From NCBI GenBank assembly GCA_946965045.2, contig OX337235.1, forward strand, positions 3,162,001-3,226,000: a stretch of 64,000 bases of DNA. The letters are read 5' to 3'. Under the pieces are notes generated by a model, which made no database searches, was not told where the DNA came from, and saw only the letters and a program-made list of their open reading frames with translations. The DNA is from Epithemia pelagica. Taxonomy: Eukaryota > Protista > Bacillariophyta. The stretch's first letter is position 1; the number at the start of each line of letters is the position of its first letter. Shown one piece after another: positions 32,591 through 45,824 of the stretch. The position numbers and the translations under genes were made by a program.

Positions 32591-33676
32591 ATGGGAAAGC
32601 GACAGACACGTTCCGCTACAAAGCAACAGGCGAGTTCCGCAAGAACACGAACAAGAGCAGCAAAGCCGCCTCGTCGCATGCAGCAAAATCGAAAATACAA
32701 AATGGATGAGCTCAATCAGAAACAACGAGCGAGGAAGAAGATTGCAACAACGAGAACGCCACGGGCAGTGAAGGCGGAGAATCTCATGGCCAAGCTTGAA
32801 GGCCTGTATGGATCAGGTACTTTGGAGGAAAGAACCGAATTATATCGGTTCATTTCCTCCCACATCAAGGGCATCGTGAGCATCGAAGGTGCACAGGTCC
32901 GGAAAGCCCACGGCTCCAAGGGCAAACCTGTTGGCACAGCAATCAAACACTATGCTCCAAGTAAATACAACAAAAAGAAAGGGTCGGGAATCAACAAGAA
33001 ACACAAGAACAATCTACTTGTCGAAGGGACAATGATGGTGGACCTAAACGACAATTCACAAAAGTACGAGTGCATTGTTCGGTACGTCGACGAAGACTTG
33101 TTTGTCATCAAGCGATCAACCTTGGACAACGCTCGTCTCGGGCTTTTTGCAGCAAAGCCCTACAAAAAAGGCGAAATGCTGGGATTCTATGGTGGTAAGG
33201 TCCTTGACAAGTCTCGTCCGCCTTCTGCTTACGCTGTCCGACTGCGTACAAGGCCTTCTGTCTTCGTTGATCCATCCGCGGCAGACCTTTGGATGGGTTT
33301 GCACTTTGCAAACGATCCAAACTATGCCAAGTATCACGACAACCAACCTGTTGACCCGGACGACAAATGCTACAACGTCCAGGTCGACGGAAAGCTCAAG
33401 GCTACAGCCAAACGCAACATTAAAAAAAATCAAGAGTTGTTCTGGTGCTACAATCTGGCGTCGGGCATGAGGACTGGCAGCCAGGATGAGCAAGATGAAT
33501 CTTCAGATGGCAACGACGACGAGGAATCCGAGAAGTCGGATGATGAAGGAGATGAAGATGAGGATTCAGATTCGGATTCGGATGACGAGGAAGATGACGA
33601 AGGCAACAACAACGAGAAAGATCAGGATTCGCACGACGAAGACGAAGATGACGATGAAGAAGAAGAAAGCGACTAA
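32591..33676 (+). CDS. SET-domain protein (~361 aa) with basic N-terminus and a ~65-aa D/E-rich tail; transposon cargo
   Basis: SET motifs STLDNARLGLFAAKPYKKGEMLGFYGG, HFANDPNY, ATAKRNIKKNQELFWCYN at about 33100-33455; lies inside the TIRs. Confidence 0.85.
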   Translation: MGKRQTRSATKQQASSARTRTRAAKPPRRMQQNRKYKMDELNQKQRARKKIATTRTPRAVKAENLMAKLEGLYGSGTLEERTELYRFISSHIKGIVSIEGAQVRKAHGSKGKPVGTAIKHYAPSKYNKKKGSGINKKHKNNLLVEGTMMVDLNDNSQKYECIVRYVDEDLFVIKRSTLDNARLGLFAAKPYKKGEMLGFYGGKVLDKSRPPSAYAVRLRTRPSVFVDPSAADLWMGLHFANDPNYAKYHDNQPVDPDDKCYNVQVDGKLKATAKRNIKKNQELFWCYNLASGMRTGSQDEQDESSDGNDDEESEKSDDEGDEDEDSDSDSDDEEDDEGNNNEKDQDSHDEDEDDDEEEESD

Positions 33677-33740
33677 GGCCACGATGATGAAAGTAAAGGA
33701 CAACAATTATTCAGTATTTAGAATGGTTTATTTTACGTAA

Positions 33741-34666
33741 CTAATACTTGTAGTAGTCCTCCTGACTAAACATATTTTCCTCCTGCGTATCTTCAAATCC
33801 ATCATCAACGTGAGAGTCATACGTGGCGTCATCATCCGACGTCGTTGAAGCAGCCTCACGAAAGAGACTCGGGCTTGCACAACTGTCAGCCATGAAATGC
33901 ACAGCCCTCTCGGCCTCACGTCTCTTTTGGGCGTGCTTCTCACCAGGCGTCAAGTACTGCCAATCCACCACATTGGATTTCATGACAGTCTCCGCCTCAC
34001 CAATGGACTCCTCCTTCTTCAATGGAGTGCGAGTCTCCATCAGCATTCCACCCTCTTGTCCTGAAAACAAAATGAGGTGAGTACTACGATCGTTCCAATC
34101 AATTACAAAGGCACAATCAACTTACCATTTTCGTTGATTGTTTCATTGTTTCTGGGCTTGTGGCTACGCTCAGACTGCTTAAGCGTTTCCACAATCTCGG
34201 CAATCGAGACTTTGCCCGAATGATATTTGTGGTTTCGACCAAGCACCAGGGTCGTGGCTCCATTCTCATCACCAAGGATGAGATGCCACTGCGTTGCTTT
34301 GTTCAATGCATCCTTGAGCCTCTGCGCCTTGTCGTCGATGGCCACCGGCATCAATACCACTATGTCCTCGTTTGCTCCTCTTGGAGTCTCCCCTTCAACC
34401 ACCTTGGAAATGACAAAATCTGGAGACTGGGGTGGGGGGAGCTCCGGACTCGTCTTCTTTGTTCGACGCTTCTTGTTTGCGTTCTTCTTCGTGGAGCTCT
34501 TCTTCGGAGGGAGCTTCTTGCCCGGTGTCTTCGCTGGTGTCTTCGCTGGTGTCTTCCCTGGCGTCTTCCCTGGTGGAGGAACAGTATCTTCCTGGATGTC
34601 ATCCAGGAAGCTTGGTGTTTTGGTGCGGGTGCGACTTGGGTAGCGACGATGGCTGTTGTTGCTCAT
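33741..34666 (-). CDS. Hypothetical 286-aa cargo protein with basic KTP(G/A) repeats; intron 34061-34125
   Basis: ATG 34666 (MSNNSHRRYPSR); the GTAAGT...TTTCAG intron joins two track ORFs in frame; GKTPGKTPAKTPAKTPGKK repeat. Confidence 0.7.
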
Positions 34667-34945
34667 CTTGTTTTGTTTTTTGTGAGACGAACACACAACT
34701 GAGAGCATCGTGCTGTGTCTTGTAATGGGATGTGGAATGTACCTGCTCGCGATCTCAAGACCAAACTCAAACAACCTACTTAGATCAACGGATAGCTGAA
34801 CGGAAAGAGGTGCGCGTAAAGATCCGACCAACCCGTGTGGCTCCCACATTTTGGATGCATCCGGAAACGAAACATGCAAACACGAAACAACCCACTGCTT
34901 TGAATCGATCGAACAATCAACCTAACGTGCGGAGTTCGGAGTACG

Positions 34946-35485
34946 ATGCTACCAACACCAACAATCAACAACGGCATGGAGGACGAGGTCGAGTTCTTTT
35001 TCAACAAGGACAAGTTTGGCTCTGAAGACGATCGAAGTCGATGTAACTTTCGGACGAGCTTTTACGCGGACAGGGTCAATGTTCTCGTTGGAGACATTGT
35101 CGACAACGGCGCAGAACAAAATGGACGGAATGTTGTCGACCGTGGGCATGTTCTCCTCCAACGGGAGACAAGCACAGACTATCTTCGGTTGGCATTTTAC
35201 AAGAGGGAAGCGCGGTCCGAGTTTGCCGACCCGCTGCTTGTGCTGCCAGTTGGGTTCATTGTCAAGACAGTGATGAAGGAAGTTCTCTCACCCACGGACT
35301 CCAGCAAGAAGAAGGGCCGCATTCAATTCTACACACGGTGCACGATCGATACGAAGAGCAGCATGGACCCAATGGTCGTCACCCTCTACATGAGCCTCTT
35401 CCATATGGAAGAGCTCAAGACTGCTCTTGCCTACATGACGACAAAATACCCTACCCAGAGCCTGTTCTTTACAGCAGATGCGTAA
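34946..35485 (+). CDS. Hypothetical ~170-179-aa globular cargo protein
   Basis: Intact ORF with normal composition, ending 168 bp before the right TIR; family not recognised. Confidence 0.6.
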   Translation: MLPTPTINNGMEDEVEFFFNKDKFGSEDDRSRCNFRTSFYADRVNVLVGDIVDNGAEQNGRNVVDRGHVLLQRETSTDYLRLAFYKREARSEFADPLLVLPVGFIVKTVMKEVLSPTDSSKKKGRIQFYTRCTIDTKSSMDPMVVTLYMSLFHMEELKTALAYMTTKYPTQSLFFTADA

Positions 35486-35652
35486 TAGAACCTACTTAGT
35501 CGATTAGCAATAGTACTTGTTGTGTTTGTAGCCAGGAATGGCATCGTATTTGTCCAAACATCGATCCATCCCATTGTCATGGTTGCTGCGGATTATCCAC
35601 TGTGGAGTTTTGTGTACTGGTTTTTTTCGGGTACAGTCTTGTACACTAATAT

Positions 35653-35683
35653 ACTCATGCACTCCGCAACGTGAACCAGCTCG
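35653..35683 (-). repeat. Right terminal inverted repeat
   Basis: Reverse complement of 28713-28743; followed by TA. Confidence 0.93.
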
Positions 35684-36405
35684 TACCACGTCGGCCGATT
35701 CATTCACGAGCGTCGAACCAGCGTCCACTCGTGAACGGGACTCACGACACTGGATTGGTCGACGCAGAACACAAGGTAATCTACCATGGAAACTACTGGA
35801 AATCATCTCGCTTTGGCTGGAATCTGGAATGCGTTATGCTACCCTCCTACCTACTTTCCAAGTGTCAACCCTTACCCAGGGCTTTCTCACGGTGATGGTA
35901 AACTACAATATATGGAGTGTGCTGCGAACTTGTGTAGGCGAATGATGTTGCTATGCCTTTGAGAGGTAGACTACCTACTACCTACTCCTCGCAATTTCGC
36001 ATCTTCCTGTAAGTTTGTTCGTTGGCAACAAATGAAAAGTGAACAGATAGACGAAGCTTCGTTTTTGATCAACTGAAGACAGAATGTTTTTTGTTTTTGT
36101 GACTTTGACTTTTGCATTTCGAAAGTGTTATACCTGGATCACAATATGAGAAATTGTACAATGCAAAGTTTGGATTGACTTTAAAGTTTCCATGTTCTTG
36201 CTGTAAATTCCCTTGGATGAATCCCAACTTTCACTTGAAAGTAATTGTCCCTTAGTTAACTCCCTGCACGTTTGGTGCAAAGTCAGTCGCACTCGCAACT
36301 CGCAACTCGCAACCAAAACCCCCATTCGATGTCGACGTCATTGGGCATACCCATAAATTCTGGATTCAACGTTCCCTGTGTACTCGTAGGATCAAGACCA
36401 GGACA

Positions 36406-39988
<3,583 letters not shown>

Positions 39989-40304
39989 TATGCTGCTCCA
40001 CCTCTAGATCAGCTTCTGGATTCGCAACGACCAATATGGACGGTGATCATATGGGGAAGGATGCCTCTTGAAATGGGCTGCACGACGTTGCATGAATGTC
40101 CAACAATAATGACCAATTCATATAATGATGATTTGCTCACGAACGCAGTTGCCTTGTTTTTGTCATGAAATTGTTAGCCTATGGAGATCAAGAGAATCCA
40201 ATTTGTTTTAATCCTAGCTCAAATTAGGTCGAAAAAATGTTGCAACACGGTTGTTATCAGAAGGGGTTTGTTAGTAAGCAAATGATCATTGAAGATGCCC
40301 AAAG

Positions 40305-41604
40305 ACTGAGAGGGGCCTCGAACACAGGATTGCTATAGCTGCAGACTCCATGAGGCAACGTTTCTTCCGAACAAAGGGATCAGCACTTCTCTGGCTAGCT
40401 AAGAGAAGGAGTAGTTGGTAGAGACTGAGAGCTTCATGTGTTCGTGAAGCAAAAAGAAGGATCGGCATCACTGCTCGATGAGCAAGCGGCCTTGTGGTAA
40501 GACCCAAAGTATGGTCCCACGAGAAAGGGGAATGGAACGTAGAATACCATGGAATGGATCTTGCTGTTGTTGCTGCTGGAGCTTTAAAGATATGGTTATG
40601 CGTCGACAGTAGCAAAGATGAAATTGTTATAGTGGTACCGAACGCAGGGACTGAAATCATACTGACCTATTCGCTCCAAATGTGCTGACCAATTAGACAC
40701 GCCATTTCGCTGCAGTCGGCAAACACTTTCGACGTGTAATATCAATAATTCTGGTTCACTTTTCTCTGCTTCTTGTTGTCAACCATTTCAGTTTACAAGC
40801 GCCTTGACGTTGTTCGTTTAATACCCTTTGTTACATTCCCGTTGGAGGGAATTATCCAGATATTCATTAATGTAATGAATGGGAACATCCGTATCATGAG
40901 CGTTGGATCTTTCTCGATCTTGTTTGTTCTCGAATCCAGCACGAACGTAATACGTGTCGGTTTGCAAAAAGATTCGATCGGCTTCATGCATTAAATCCAT
41001 GGTACCAAACAAAACCACGTCTTCTTCATCAGCCGCGTCCCACATTTTCTCCAGAGCAAGGTCATACACTCGCCATCTCAGTCGACCATTGAAATGAATG
41101 TATCGAAAGTACTGAAAAATGACATGTCGTGGATCGTCATAATCCCCGATGTAAAAGTTGGGAGCAAGTTCACGAATGGCCTCCACAATCAAGTCATCGC
41201 CATCGACGACATCACGGTATTTGTTCGACACAAAGGTCTTGCCACAACCCGGAGTGGCATACACCAATTGTCCCCAGTACATGCGTGGCAAACGAGGATA
41301 ACTGTCGCTTCGAATCACCATATGAATCTCACTCTGCTGCTGACTTTTAGAGTAGGTCCTTCTTTCCTTGCATCAAAAGATATCTCAATGGGAAATGGGA
41401 AGTGGAGCCGAACAAAAGGCCTTGGCGAAAGAAAAGACGGCAACAATAAATAATAATCACTGAAGTGACGTAAGTATTTAGCGCGACCTTTAAAGCGATC
41501 GATGTGAGTATTTAGAGCGACCGTTAAAGCGATCGATCATTGAGAAAGTGTCTCCCGAGTATTTTTGTGTTGGTAGCACCATAGTCTACTTCTATTCATG
41601 GAGA
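40305..41604. repeat. Segmental direct repeat, copy A (~1.3 kb)
   Basis: Collinear with 43401-44738 from ACTGAGAGGGGCCTCGAACAC to ...TTCATGGAGA, with scattered substitutions and indels. Confidence 0.9.
40818..41321 (-). CDS. Small (167 aa) P-loop NTPase / nucleotide-kinase-like protein, copy A
   Basis: Walker A-like VYATPGCGKT followed by DVVDGDDLI, as in shikimate/gluconate/NMP-kinase-type folds; intronless. Confidence 0.75.
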   Translation of the reverse strand: MVIRSDSYPRLPRMYWGQLVYATPGCGKTFVSNKYRDVVDGDDLIVEAIRELAPNFYIGDYDDPRHVIFQYFRYIHFNGRLRWRVYDLALEKMWDAADEEDVVLFGTMDLMHEADRIFLQTDTYYVRAGFENKQDRERSNAHDTDVPIHYINEYLDNSLQRECNKGY

Positions 41605-41737
41605 CACGCATAGAGGAAATTGGAGTTTTCGTATAGGCATCGGCAAAGCAAGTCAAGCAACGAACCAAGGAAAACGTATTGTGCTTTGGTACCAATGCTC
41701 TCCAAAGAATCGTATCATAGGCTACAATCCCTCATCA

Positions 41738-43043
41738 TCATTTGCCATCATCGCCATCCTTCTCCTCGTCGTTTCCATCATCGTCATTCTCTTCTTCCTC
41801 TTCCTCCTCCTCCTTGTCGTCGTCCAAGATACCTTCGAATTGTTCCCTTAGAAATTGCAAGTCGATTGTCAAATCTTGAATGTCACCATTTGCAATGTCA
41901 TCCAGCAAATATGGGCGATTCCCACCCACTTGTCGTTCCTTCATAACTTTGTACAATATCCCTGAGAAAGGAATGGTGATCGCAGATGCTGCCACGGCAG
42001 TACCATCGTTATTCTCCCATGGCGGAGAACGGCGCCACTGGGCGAGATTGACGCCCAAGAGTCGGTCCTGACGATGCTCCGAAAAACTGTTCTTGTTTTC
42101 GTCGGACAGATCAATGGTCCCAAAGCTGACGGCATCCAAAACCGAGATCTCGTTGGAGGCAGTTCCCTTCCCCCACAAAACAATAGCCGCTTGGTAGTCT
42201 TCGACGAAACAGTCGCGTGTACCTGTTACTCATGTACCTTTTCCCCCTTTGACGAAGCTGAACCGGGTCTCTATTTTTGTATTGTACCTCCCAAACCAAT
42301 CGCGAATAGGGCAAGTTATTCTTCGCTTTATCCATGTCTCGCCCATGACGATCCCTAAATTTCTTTTTGGGAAAGATGGATCTATCCGGCTGGAAGTGTC
42401 CATAGCCACCCGAGCTTTGTCCCGTAACGAAATACTTTTGTAAAATAGGAAACTTAGCGATCCAAGCCCCAAACCAAGTAGAGAACGCCCCGTCAACACT
42501 TCCGTGTTCCGGTCCACGCATGTACGTGATGAACAGAGCAGCTCCGTTCTTGGCGTTCTTGGAGGCAACAAGTCCGGGAACAAGCAAAAATCGAGCAGGA
42601 TCCATGCACTCGTTTGGTTCCCAATCCTCGCTCACACCTGAAGCAACAAGAACTACAGAAGGTGCCATTGTGGAAGTTTTCTTTTCTGTTGCAGTAGCCT
42701 TGGCTTTTCGTCCTCTGCCTCCATAGCGATTTCCGCATTCGGAGAAAGCTTCCTGAAACTGCCTGAGGGGTACCTTGCCATTCTGTGAGACGTAAGGTTT
42801 GTAACTCGGGCCAGGTGGCAAATAAGGTGTTTTCGACCGCTCCTCTTCTTGCTGAACCCATTGTTTCGCTTCCTCTTGAAGCCCGAAGGCAACGTCCCAC
42901 GAATCTTGGATCGTAGGAGTGCAGGTCGTGCCGCTGTCGCGAGATCCATCTTCACCCCCACAGATCTGATTCTCTACCTTTTGACGCTTGTTTATGTGAA
43001 AACTCCTGTCGACGTTGGAATCTGGTTGAGCTAGCGACGTCAT
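41738..43043 (-). pseudogene. PD-(D/E)xK (Uma2/restriction-endonuclease-fold-like) protein with acidic tail; frameshift near 42200-42208
   Basis: GPEHGSV...HFQPDRSIFP...RLVWEVQYKNRD...YM motif order. After YTRLF the protein-like sequence continues in another frame (EDYQAAIVLWGKG...). Confidence 0.55.
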
Positions 43044-43400
43044 TATTGCTGCTCTTCTTGCGCTTTGCTTCTATTCCTCTATCCGTAAGGTTACTTTGCC
43101 AATCTAGCAAGAGCGGGAAAGTGCGCTCCCCGTTCTTTTTGTGGGGTTTATCTGGGAATCTCTAGGTATTCGGGGTGCGACCGCGAGGATCGCCCCGCAA
43201 TTCTGGAGCACATGGGGTAGGGGCCCCGACTGCGACCCTTTTTCTATCTACTATAGCATTTTCTTGCTCATCTATTTTCGATTTTACTTAGGTGTTTCTT
43301 TGACGATGAAGATCTCAATGGATATATGGTTAAGGCATGTTTTTTGAAGCGTTTAGTATGATTGTATGGATGATAGACGAAGCTGAGATGATTTGATAAA

Positions 43401-44738
43401 ACTGAGAGGGGCCTCGAACACTAGGATTGCTATTGTATCACTAAAGGTTCGATAACCCGACAGAGTGCAGCCATTGATGTCGTCTCACGTCTAGATGTGT
43501 TGCTGGTAGGTTTCTCGTTGCTTTCTCACTAATAGCGTGACACTGCAAGTGGTCGGCAACTTTTATTCCAAACAAAGGAATCAACGCTTCTCTGGCTAGC
43601 TAGGAGTAGGAGTAGTTGGTATAGAGATTGATAGCTTCGTGTGTTTGTGGAACAAAAAGAAGGATCGGATCACAGCTCGATGAGCAAGCGGCCTTGTGGC
43701 AAGATCCAAATCCAACGAGAGAGGAATGGAACGCAGAATACCATGGAATGGATCTTGTTGTTGTTGCTGCTGCTGGAGCTTTCGAGAGATGGTCATGCGT
43801 CGACAGTAGCAAAGTGAAAATGTTATAATGGTACCCAAAGCCGGGACTGAACACATACTGACCTATATTCACATCAAATGTGCTGACCAATTAGACACGC
43901 CATTTCGCTGCTGTCGGCAAACACTTTCGACATGTAATATCAAAAGTTCTGGTTCATTTTCTTCTGTTTCTTGTTGTCAAGCATTTCAGTTTACAAGCGC
44001 CTTGATGTTGTTTGTCTAATACCTGTTGTTGCATTCCCGTTGGAGTGAATTATCCAGATATTCATTAATGTAATGAATCGGAGCATTCGCATCTTGAGCG
44101 TTGGATTCTTCTCGATCTCGCTTGTTCTCGAATCCAGCACGGACGTAATCCGTGTCTGTTTGCAAAAAGATTCGATCGGCTTTATGCATTAAATCCATGG
44201 TACCAAACAACACCACGTCTTCTTCATCAGCCGCATCTCTCATTTTCTCGAGAGCACGGTTGTACACTCGCCATCTCAGTCGGCCATCGAAATTAATATA
44301 TCGAAAGTACTGAAAAATGACGCGTCGTGGATCGTCATAATCCTCAATGTAAAAGTTGGGAGCAAGTTCACGAATGGCCTCCACAATCAAGTCATCGCCG
44401 TCGACGACATCACGGTATTTTTTCGACACAAAGGTCTTGCCACAACCCGGAGTGGCATACACCAGTTCTCCCCAGTACATGCGTGGTAAGCGGGGATAAT
44501 TGGTGCTTCGAATCACCATAAATCTCACTCTGCTGCTGGCTTCTAGAGTAGGTCCTTCTTTCCTTGCATCAAAAGATATCTCTCAAGAGCCGAACAAAAG
44601 GCCTTGAAAGCCGATAAATGAAGTGACGTTTCTCAAGCGCGATCGGTAAGGCGATCGAAACTCGGTCGCAGATACAAGAAAACTATCCGGGTATTTTTGT
44701 GGCTGTGGTAGCGCCATAGTTACTTCTGTTCATGGAGA
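43401..44738. repeat. Segmental direct repeat, copy B
   Basis: Paralogous to 40305-41604; carries an extra ~150 bp near 43436-43580. Confidence 0.9.
44016..44519 (-). CDS. Small (167 aa) P-loop NTPase / nucleotide-kinase-like protein, copy B
   Basis: Same motifs as copy A; first ATG at 44519; frame preserved despite many substitutions. Confidence 0.75.
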   Translation of the reverse strand: MVIRSTNYPRLPRMYWGELVYATPGCGKTFVSKKYRDVVDGDDLIVEAIRELAPNFYIEDYDDPRRVIFQYFRYINFDGRLRWRVYNRALEKMRDAADEEDVVLFGTMDLMHKADRIFLQTDTDYVRAGFENKRDREESNAQDANAPIHYINEYLDNSLQRECNNRY

Positions 44739-45152
44739 ATAGGAAATGGGAAAGGAATTTGGAACGGCGACTTGCGGTTGAGAGTTGACCAAGTCGAAGA
44801 GACATGACCATCCACTGCGTATTGCTTGTGCAATCTTGGAATGCAAAGGTTCAATTGTCTGAAGTACGTGGCGGCTTTGGGTTTCTCTTCATTCTCATCT
44901 CAGGAGAACACGCACGGCCCTGCAAAGTCGTCGTAGTAACCGAACAAGTGCCTCGTTCCTTCCTTATGGAGGGAACCCGCATCTCACGTTGCGTTCAGCC
45001 GGCAGGTAATGCGCCAGTCCATGGGTCATTCGGAACTGTATCCCAGTTTAGTTGATCGATACAGGCCGCAAGGCTTCCTTGTTCTCTTGCCACAAAGTAC
45101 AGAAAACAAGATGTGAAGTTTTCACGCTGCGGAAAAGAGCTCTGGACTTTTT

Positions 45153-45824
45153 TCATTTGGACAAGGTCGTAATATTGACGTCCGTCTGACCTTGTTGCAT
45201 GGCAGCAATGGTATCTTGCCAATGGACACCATCAAAGGGTTGAATGACAAGGGTTGGAGGCGTCAATCGTTGGCCATTTTGCGTCCAATCGACGCAATGA
45301 ATGGTAATCCCATAGCCATTGGGATTGGATCGTGGTCGATACCATGGCAAAATACCACAAACCTTGCAAAAGCGACGTTGAGCCGTACCTGTACCCCATT
45401 GATACAAGGTTGTAGCCTCCTCCAATCGAGCTTGCTGAATCCTCTCGTCATTTGGATGTTGATCTTTTACGATTGTCGTCATCTGCGTGCCGTTCGAGGG
45501 TGGTTCGTTTCTACTAGGGATGCAGGAGGGGATGTTGCTCGAAGAGTTGGTCGTCGTCCTTGGGTTCTTGTCGTGCTGTGGCGGCGACGTTGCTGGCATG
45601 TCCAACCAAAAATCTCGTTCCGGGACAATCAAGTGAACATTACGACGCAGGGCACAATCGGAACAATTGCAATCCCAGGCAATCAAGGATGGCAATGTTT
45701 GGTTCTCGTCGTCATTGTTGCTTGCTGTGGAAGTAACATGACATTGAAATTTGCCTCGGACTCGACCACAGTGACACTGTACTCCAAAGATTTGCATGCC
45801 TTTGTCGTCTTCATTGTTGTTCAT
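45153..45824 (-). CDS. GFA / CENP-V family zinc protein
   Basis: CHCG...CNCSDC...HLIVP...YQWGTGTAQRRFCKVCGILPWYRPRSNP signature. Confidence 0.9.
   Translation of the reverse strand: MNNNEDDKGMQIFGVQCHCGRVRGKFQCHVTSTASNNDDENQTLPSLIAWDCNCSDCALRRNVHLIVPERDFWLDMPATSPPQHDKNPRTTTNSSSNIPSCIPSRNEPPSNGTQMTTIVKDQHPNDERIQQARLEEATTLYQWGTGTAQRRFCKVCGILPWYRPRSNPNGYGITIHCVDWTQNGQRLTPPTLVIQPFDGVHWQDTIAAMQQGQTDVNITTLSK

Larger units (their letters stand above)
28713..35683. mobile_element. 6971-bp cut-and-paste DNA transposon (IS630/Tc1/mariner-like) with 31-bp TIRs and TA TSD, carrying three cargo genes
   Basis: Left TA|CAAGCTGGTTCACGTTGCGGAGTGCATGAGT (28713-28743); right ACTCATGCACTCCGCAACGTGAACCAGCTCG|TA (35653-35683); 30/31 identity; TA at 28711-28712 and 35684-35685. 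Confidence 0.93.
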
